Part shown: positions 39,798 to 48,361 of the stretch, piece after piece | How positions within the stretch are numbered: the stretch's first letter is position 1 | Layout: each line of letters begins with the position of its first letter | Assembly (NCBI GenBank): GCA_934101685.1 | Contig: CAKORZ010000002.1 | Span: forward strand, 1 to 48,361 | Reading direction: 5' to 3' | Length of the DNA stretch: 48,361 nt | Source: an uncultured Bacilli bacterium | Lineage (GTDB): Bacteria > Bacillota_I > Bacilli_A > RFN20 > DUOF01 | Notes under the pieces: generated by a model | What the model was told of the DNA's origin: nothing | The model's input: only the letters and a program-made list of their open reading frames with translations | Database searches by the model: none | Translations under genes and position numbers: made by a program

Positions 39798-40755
39798 TAT
39801 AATTTTTTCATTATTATTTAGTGGCGCTAATATACAATTAACTAGTGCTGAAGAAGCTAAAAATAACGAAGTAACTGATTGTGGTAAAATAGAAAATGAA
39901 ATCATAAGGATAACTAATAAATATGGAGTATTTGTAGGAAATGGTTTTGTATATAAAGTGAATGATGAGGATGCATATATTATTACTAGTGATAAATTAA
40001 CTTTAAGTGATGAAGGTAATAAAATTATATATTATAATGAAGTAAGTAATGATGCTTTTGTGATAGGAAAAGATTCTTATAATGGAGTTATGGTTTTAAA
40101 AGCAATGAAAGCAGATAATGTTAAAGGCGTTTGTTTATCTGATAGTTATTTTTTTATGCCAGGTCAAAAAAATATTTTGAAAGGATATAAAGATAATGAA
40201 AATAGATATGTTGAAAAAACATTTTTTAATAAGCAAGGAATTTTACAATATAAAAAAGATTATATAAATATATACAAAAGCATCATCCAAGCGAAATATC
40301 AAAATTTTAAAGAAGGTATGGCTGTAGTTGACGAACTTGATAGACTTGTTGGTATGGTGAGTGGAGATATTGATAAACTTAATGAAAATAGTTTTATAAT
40401 TGAAGTTAATAAATTAACAAAAATTGCAGATTCTATAGTGAAAAGTAGAAATTATAGTGTAAATTATATAAAATATGTTTTAGAAGATTATAACAAATTA
40501 GATGAATATTATTTAAAAAATTATAAGGTAAGTAAAGAAGTTAGTTTTGGTGTTGTTATAGTAACATTTAAACCTTTAAGTTATATATTTGGTGGATTAA
40601 ATCAGGGTATGGTTATACAAGAAGTTAATTCTATAGTTGTTAAAAATATGTATGAATTAGATAACCAATTATCAAGATATAAAAAAGGAGATATAGTTTG
40701 TTTGAAGGTTATAAAGAAAAATGGAAAAATTGGATATTATTATACAAAAGTGTAA
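39772..40755 (+). CDS. Secreted HtrA-like protein lacking the catalytic triad (predicted pseudoprotease) with a PDZ-like C-terminus
   Basis: ATG at 39772 follows GGTGGG and overlaps the upstream gene by 26 nt. Signal peptide MKKFLLIISIIFSLLFSGANIQLTSA. It aligns by eye to the downstream HtrA, but His, Asp and Ser are all replaced. Confidence 0.75.
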   Translation: MKKFLLIISIIFSLLFSGANIQLTSAEEAKNNEVTDCGKIENEIIRITNKYGVFVGNGFVYKVNDEDAYIITSDKLTLSDEGNKIIYYNEVSNDAFVIGKDSYNGVMVLKAMKADNVKGVCLSDSYFFMPGQKNILKGYKDNENRYVEKTFFNKQGILQYKKDYINIYKSIIQAKYQNFKEGMAVVDELDRLVGMVSGDIDKLNENSFIIEVNKLTKIADSIVKSRNYSVNYIKYVLEDYNKLDEYYLKNYKVSKEVSFGVVIVTFKPLSYIFGGLNQGMVIQEVNSIVVKNMYELDNQLSRYKKGDIVCLKVIKKNGKIGYYYTKV

Positions 40756-40767
40756 GGAGGAATAAAT

Positions 40768-41838
40768 ATGAAAAAATTACTATTAGTATTACTTATGGGG
40801 TTAATGGTTTGTGGATGTAGTTGTAAGAAAGAAAATGTTAAATGCCCTAATGATAAAGGTGATAATACTGAAGAAGTAAAAACGATTGTTGGTAATGATT
40901 ATACAGATCTTTACAAAAAAACAACTACTAGTGTTGTAAAGATAGTTTTACGTAATATAGAAACTAGAAAAGTTAATTATCAAGGTAGTGGTGTTGTTTT
41001 TTATGAGGAAGGAAATTATGCATATATTATTACTAATAATCATGTTGTTAGCGCAAATAGTAGATATTTAGAAATAGAAGTGTATTTTTCTGATGAAAGT
41101 GGTAATGAAAGTGGTAAAAGTGAAATTGCTACATTGATTAGTCAAGATGCTAATGAAGATGTTGCTGTTTTGAGAATAAATAAAAGTGATAAATATAAAG
41201 TTGCTACTATTGGTGATTCAGATAAGGTTAATATAGGCGATTTTGTATACACTATTGGTTCTCCAAATGATTACTTTAATGTTTCTACAGCTGGATATAT
41301 TATTTCAAATAATATTTTAACTAAGTATGATGCTAATAACTCAGGGGTTCCTGTTGATATTTATGAACTAACTTTTAGTGCTGTTATAAGTCCTGGAAAT
41401 AGTGGTGGAGGATTATTTAATAGTAAAGGTGAACTTATAGGAATAACAACATATAACCATGCTGATTTAACATATTTATATGCTGCTTTGCCTATAAACT
41501 TTTTTGTGAAGGTAGCTAAATCTATTTTAGGAACTGGCGATAAATATACAAGACCAGTTTTAAATATTTCTACTTTATCAATAAATTCTATAGGAGTAGA
41601 TAGGACAAGATATGGAATTGCCGATAATATATATACTGGTGTTTATGTTTTGGAATCTAGAGAGTCCACAATACCTGTTCAATCTATTATTGTTGCAATA
41701 AATGGAAAAGAAATAAAATCTACTAATGATTTAGGAAAAGAATTACTTAAATATAATGTTGGAGACACAATTAAAGTAACTACTAGATATAAAACAGGTG
41801 TGGGAGAAACTACTGTAGATGTAGTGTTACATTCATGA
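40768..41838 (+). CDS. htrA: HtrA/DegP-family serine protease lipoprotein with a PDZ domain
   Basis: 356 aa. Lipobox MVCGC. Triad contexts ITNNHVV, EDVAVLRI and GNSGGGLFN. C-terminal PDZ-like segment. Confidence 0.92.
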   Translation: MKKLLLVLLMGLMVCGCSCKKENVKCPNDKGDNTEEVKTIVGNDYTDLYKKTTTSVVKIVLRNIETRKVNYQGSGVVFYEEGNYAYIITNNHVVSANSRYLEIEVYFSDESGNESGKSEIATLISQDANEDVAVLRINKSDKYKVATIGDSDKVNIGDFVYTIGSPNDYFNVSTAGYIISNNILTKYDANNSGVPVDIYELTFSAVISPGNSGGGLFNSKGELIGITTYNHADLTYLYAALPINFFVKVAKSILGTGDKYTRPVLNISTLSINSIGVDRTRYGIADNIYTGVYVLESRESTIPVQSIIVAINGKEIKSTNDLGKELLKYNVGDTIKVTTRYKTGVGETTVDVVLHS

Positions 41839-42308
41839 TTAAAATAAAAATTGTTTGTGTTGGTAAAATAAAGGAAGCTTATTTAAATAGTGGAATTAGT
41901 GAATATTTAAAAAGGCTAAGTGGTTATTGTAATATTGAGATTATTGAAGTAAAAGATGAAAAGATCTCTAATAGTACTAGTGATGAGAAAATAAAAGAGA
42001 TTGAAAGTAATAGAATATTAGAAAAAATAGATGATAAAGACTATGTCATATTATTAGATTTAAAAGGAAAACAATTAAGTAGTGTTGAATTAGCTAATAA
42101 AATGGATTCTTTAATATCGCAAGGTATAGGTAATTATGCTTTTGTAGTAGGTGGATCTTTGGGTGTTAGTGAAAATCTTCAAAAAAAGGCTGATTTTTTG
42201 ATTTCTTTTTCTAGGCTTACATTTACTCATCAGATGGTTAGATTGCTTCTTTTAGAGCAAATTTACAGGGCTTTTAAGATAAATAATAATGAAACATATC
42301 ATAAATAG
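41835..42308 (+). CDS. rlmH: 23S rRNA (pseudouridine1915-N3)-methyltransferase RlmH
   Basis: 157 aa SPOUT protein. ATGA overlap with htrA. FVVGGSLG and SRLTFTHQMVRLLLLEQIYRA motifs. Confidence 0.93.
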   Translation: MIKIKIVCVGKIKEAYLNSGISEYLKRLSGYCNIEIIEVKDEKISNSTSDEKIKEIESNRILEKIDDKDYVILLDLKGKQLSSVELANKMDSLISQGIGNYAFVVGGSLGVSENLQKKADFLISFSRLTFTHQMVRLLLLEQIYRAFKINNNETYHK

Positions 42309-42313
42309 TAGAT

Positions 42314-42338
42314 AAGGCATCAAAATATGCCTTTTTTT
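42314..42338 (+). terminator. Intrinsic terminator after rlmH
   Basis: Stem aaggcat (42314-42320) / atgcctt (42327-42333), followed by a T-run. Confidence 0.7.
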
Positions 42339-42383
42339 ATTTGTTTAATCAACATTTTATTTAACTTTTTTAATTTATATGAT

Positions 42384-42409
42384 AGAATATAAATATATAT
42401 TTATATTCT
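42384..42409. repeat. 26-bp perfect palindrome in the yaaA-recF-gyrB upstream region (candidate operator)
   Basis: AGAATATAAATATATATTTATATTCT equals its own reverse complement (checked base by base). It overlaps a TAGAAT -10-like hexamer and lies 31 nt upstream of the yaaA ATG. Confidence 0.6.
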
Positions 42410-42439
42410 TTCATAATTGATATAAAAAGGAGAAATAGT

Positions 42440-42647
42440 ATGGAAAAAGTTAGTATAAAAAGTGAATATATAACATTAGGACAATTTTTGAAATTTGTGT
42501 CAATTATTGATTGTGGAAGTTATGCAAAACAGTTCTTATTAGAAAATAAAGTTTTGATTAATAATGTTCCAGATAATAGAAGGGGTAGAAAGATATATCC
42601 AGGTGACATAGTTAAAGTTCTTAACAAGCAATACGAGGTAAATAGAA

Positions 42648-42658
<11 letters not shown>
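42440..42658 (+). CDS. yaaA: S4-domain RNA-binding protein YaaA
   Basis: 72 aa. ITLGQFLK and GRKIYPGD motifs. Canonical position immediately before recF. Confidence 0.88.
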
Positions 42659-45643
<2,985 letters not shown>

Positions 45644-45657
45644 GGAGGTGCGAGTAA

Positions 45658-48246
45658 ATGGAAAACGAAAATAATGAATTAGAGAAAAAAGAAAATATTA
45701 GTGAAGATGATATTCATGATCGTAGTGTAAAACCTGTACAAATGTCTAAGGAAGTTAAAAAGGCTTTCCTAGATTATGCAATGTCAGTTATTGTATCTCG
45801 TGCACTTCCAGATGTTAGAGATGGATTAAAACCAGTACATAGAAGAATTATTCATACAATGAATGAGCTTGGTGTTCAAGCAGGAAAACCATTCAAAAAG
45901 TCAGCTAGAATAGTTGGTGATACGATGGGTAAATATCACCCTCATGGTGATACTGCAATTTATGAAGCTTTAGTTAGATTAGCGCAAGATTTCTCTTGTA
46001 GATATCCTCTTGTTGATGGACATGGTAACTTTGGATCTATCGATGGTGATGAAGCTGCTGCTATGCGTTATACTGAAGCAAGAATGTCTAAAATTGCTAT
46101 GGAAATGGTAAAAGATATAGATGAAGATACAGTAGACTTTATGGATAACTATGATGGTACTGAAAGAGAACCTACTGTTTTACCTTGTAGATTCCCTAAC
46201 TTATTAGTTAATGGTACTGTAGGTATTGCTGTTGGTATGGCTACTAATGTTCCAACTCACAATTTAGGAGAAGTTATTGATGCTGTACTTGCTATTAGTA
46301 ATGATCCTGGTATTAGTGTAATAGATTTAATGAATAATTATATTCCAGGTCCTGATTTTCCAACAGGTGGTATAATACTTGGAAGAAATGGCATTAAGAA
46401 AACTTATGAAGAAGGTAGTGGATCAATAGTAGTTAGATCTAAATGTCATATTGAAGATATGGAACATAAAGATAGAAAACGTATTATTGTTACAGAAATT
46501 CCATATCAAGTTAATAAAACAACTTTAATAGAAAAGATTGTAGAATTAGTTAAAAATAAATTAGTTGAGGGTATATCTGATTTAAGAGATGAATCTAATA
46601 GAGAAGGTATGCGTATTGTTATTGAATTAAAGAAGGATGCTGTTCCTGAAGTAATATTAAATCAACTTTATAAATTAACTCAATTACAAACTACATTTGG
46701 TGCTAATATGCTTGCTATTGTTGATGGTGAGCCAAAGGTATTAGGATTAAAAGAAATCTTAAATCAATATTTATTACACCAAGAAAATGTTCTTACTAGA
46801 AGAACTAAATTTAGATTGAATAAAGCTAATGATAAAATTCATATTTTACAAGGATTAAAGATTGCAAGTGATAATATTGATGAAATCATGAGTATTATTA
46901 GAGGTAGTCAAACTACTGATATTGCTACTGAACAATTAATGAATAGATTTAATTTATCAGAAAAACAATGTAAAGCAATTCTTGATATGAAACTACAAAG
47001 ATTAACAGGATTAGCTCGTGCTGAAATTGCTTCTAACATTGAACAATTAGAAAGAGATATAGCAGAATATCATCGTATTCTTGAAAATAAGGAAGCATTA
47101 CTTGAAATAGTTAGAACTGAATTATTAGAGATGAAGAATAAGTTTGCTGATCCTAGAAGAACAGAAATTACTAATGATTATAGTAATATAGATGATGAAG
47201 ATTTAATTCCTCAAGAAGATATTGTAGTATCACTTACTATAAATGGCTATGTAAAACGTGTTACAACTGATACTTATAAGTCACAAAATAGAGGTGGCAG
47301 AGGAGTTATGGGAATGACTACTCATGAAGATGATATAGTAGATCAATTACTTATAACTAATACTCATACTGATGTATTATTCTTTACTAATACTGGTAGA
47401 GTATATCGTATTAGAGGATATAAGATTCCTGAATATTCTAGACAATCTAAAGGATTACCAATTATTAATTTATTAAATATTGATAAGAGTGAGAAAGTTA
47501 AAGCAATGATTTCAATTGATGGCAATAGTATTAGTGGTAATGAAAAGTTATTGTTTGTAAGTAAGAATGGTATTAGTAAACGTGTAAATATTGAAGAATT
47601 TAGAAATATTAGACAAAATGGTAAGATTGCTGTTACTCTTAAAGAGGGCGATGAATTATTTGCTGTTAAGAAAACAAATGGTAATGAAGATATTATTATT
47701 GCTGCTAGTAATGGTAAGGCTGTAAGATTTAATGAAAATAACATTAGAAGTATGGGTAGAACAGCTAGTGGAGTTAAGTCTATTAATGTAGGTAATGGTG
47801 AGGTTGTTGGTGTAGCTACATCAAGTCAAGGTGAATATATATTAGTATTGACTGCTAAAGGTTATGGTAAGATGTCTCATATAGATGAATATCGTGTTAT
47901 GACTAATAGAGGAGGAAAAGGTGTTAAGACTGTAAATGTTACTGAAAAGAATGGTAATTTAGTATGCCTTAAGACTGTAAGAGGCGATGAAGATTTACTT
48001 GTTGTTACTAACAAGGGAGTTATCATTAGAGTTCCTCTAGAGCAAGTTAAAGTTGCTAGTAGAAATACTCAGGGTGTTAGAATAATTAAGATAGCAGAAG
48101 GTTCAGTAGTTTCTTCAATAGCAGTTGTGGAAAAAGATGAAACAGTTGAAGAAGAAATTAAAAAACAAGAAGAAAATGAACCTCAAGAAGTAGTTAATGT
48201 AACTATACCTGAAGAAACAAAAAATGAAGAGTTAGAAGAAGAGTAG
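45658..48246 (+). CDS. gyrA: DNA gyrase subunit A
   Basis: 862 aa. [24 protein letters not shown], the active-site context [10 protein letters not shown], and C-terminal beta-pinwheel repeats with an acidic tail. Confidence 0.98.
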   Translation: MENENNELEKKENISEDDIHDRSVKPVQMSKEVKKAFLDYAMSVIVSRALPDVRDGLKPVHRRIIHTMNELGVQAGKPFKKSARIVGDTMGKYHPHGDTAIYEALVRLAQDFSCRYPLVDGHGNFGSIDGDEAAAMRYTEARMSKIAMEMVKDIDEDTVDFMDNYDGTEREPTVLPCRFPNLLVNGTVGIAVGMATNVPTHNLGEVIDAVLAISNDPGISVIDLMNNYIPGPDFPTGGIILGRNGIKKTYEEGSGSIVVRSKCHIEDMEHKDRKRIIVTEIPYQVNKTTLIEKIVELVKNKLVEGISDLRDESNREGMRIVIELKKDAVPEVILNQLYKLTQLQTTFGANMLAIVDGEPKVLGLKEILNQYLLHQENVLTRRTKFRLNKANDKIHILQGLKIASDNIDEIMSIIRGSQTTDIATEQLMNRFNLSEKQCKAILDMKLQRLTGLARAEIASNIEQLERDIAEYHRILENKEALLEIVRTELLEMKNKFADPRRTEITNDYSNIDDEDLIPQEDIVVSLTINGYVKRVTTDTYKSQNRGGRGVMGMTTHEDDIVDQLLITNTHTDVLFFTNTGRVYRIRGYKIPEYSRQSKGLPIINLLNIDKSEKVKAMISIDGNSISGNEKLLFVSKNGISKRVNIEEFRNIRQNGKIAVTLKEGDELFAVKKTNGNEDIIIAASNGKAVRFNENNIRSMGRTASGVKSINVGNGEVVGVATSSQGEYILVLTAKGYGKMSHIDEYRVMTNRGGKGVKTVNVTEKNGNLVCLKTVRGDEDLLVVTNKGVIIRVPLEQVKVASRNTQGVRIIKIAEGSVVSSIAVVEKDETVEEEIKKQEENEPQEVVNVTIPEETKNEELEEE

Positions 48247-48261
48247 AAATTACTCTTCTTT
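48238..48261 (+). terminator. Hairpin overlapping the gyrA stop codon (weak terminator candidate)
   Basis: Stem gaagagta (48238-48245) / tactcttc (48251-48258) with loop gaaat. Only TTT follows. Confidence 0.3.
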
Positions 48262-48317
48262 CAGACTGTTGACAAATAGGTCGGTGAGTCTGTAAATAAA
48301 TTTGTGTAAAGTTAAAT

Positions 48318-48355
48318 CCCTCTATGGTAAGATAAAAATACCAAGGAGGGTTTTT
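48318..48355 (+). promoter_or_regulatory. Imperfect hairpin plus T-run that contains an AAGGAGG; either a terminator or an SD-sequestering structure for a gene starting beyond the window
   Basis: ccctctatggta (48318-48329) pairs with taccaaggaggg (48339-48350) with 2 mismatches. TTTTT follows at 48351-48355. Confidence 0.35.
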
Positions 48356-48361
48356 ATATAT

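Noticed and set aside
41835-41838. Alternative genetic code (TGA as Trp, as in Mollicutes), considered because of the very low GC
   Set aside because: TGA clearly terminates htrA, recF, dusB and rnmV at ATGA or GTGA junctions. Conserved Trp positions use TGG, so the code is standard code 11.
47364-47744. 126-aa antisense ORF inside gyrA; similar antisense ORFs in rsmI (303-566), gyrB (43883-44743), mfd, clpC-like, mnmE, yidC and dnaB
   Set aside because: They overlap highly conserved housekeeping genes and have no start-site signals.

Overview
This is a very AT-rich segment (about 30-37% GC in the few lines I counted by hand) from a Bacillota-type endospore former; a clear yabG is present. 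It uses the standard genetic code: TGA acts as a stop at the htrA/rlmH, recF/gyrB, dusB/folD and rnmV/rsmA junctions, and Trp is TGG. The window is centred on the replication origin. The minus-strand arm reads rpmH-rnpA-yidC-jag-(68 aa)-mnmE-tatD-rnmV-rsmA-MBL-yabG-clpC-like-dusB-folD. After an accessory insert it continues with pth-mfd, convergent with a partial rsmI. The plus-strand arm reads dnaA-dnaN-lipoprotein-rpsF-ssb-rpsR-gdpP-rplI-dnaB-MBL(yycJ-like)-dead HtrA paralog-htrA-rlmH-yaaA-recF-gyrB-gyrA. DnaA-box clusters flank dnaA, which indicates a bipartite oriC. Almost everything is housekeeping. The only clearly accessory content is a divergent gene pair between pth and folD. One gene is a 12.6-kb ORF encoding a 4215-aa secreted, C-terminally membrane-anchored protein with paired cysteines, a propeller-like region and many Ig-like modules. 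The other is a 390-aa orphan with a ParB/Srx-type DGNHR motif. I see no CRISPR array, tRNA, rRNA, transposase, integrase or recognisable defence or toxin-antitoxin cassette. If there is an undescribed system here, the giant protein plus its ParB-like neighbour is the best candidate, but coupling between the two is inference only. Secondary observations are listed in the findings: a catalytically dead HtrA paralog beside an active one, a 26-bp perfect palindrome in the yaaA-recF-gyrBA promoter region, a ClpC-like ATPase without an M-domain, a G-C-S-C lipobox shared by three lipoproteins, origin synteny that differs from B. subtilis, and a structured region after gyrA.
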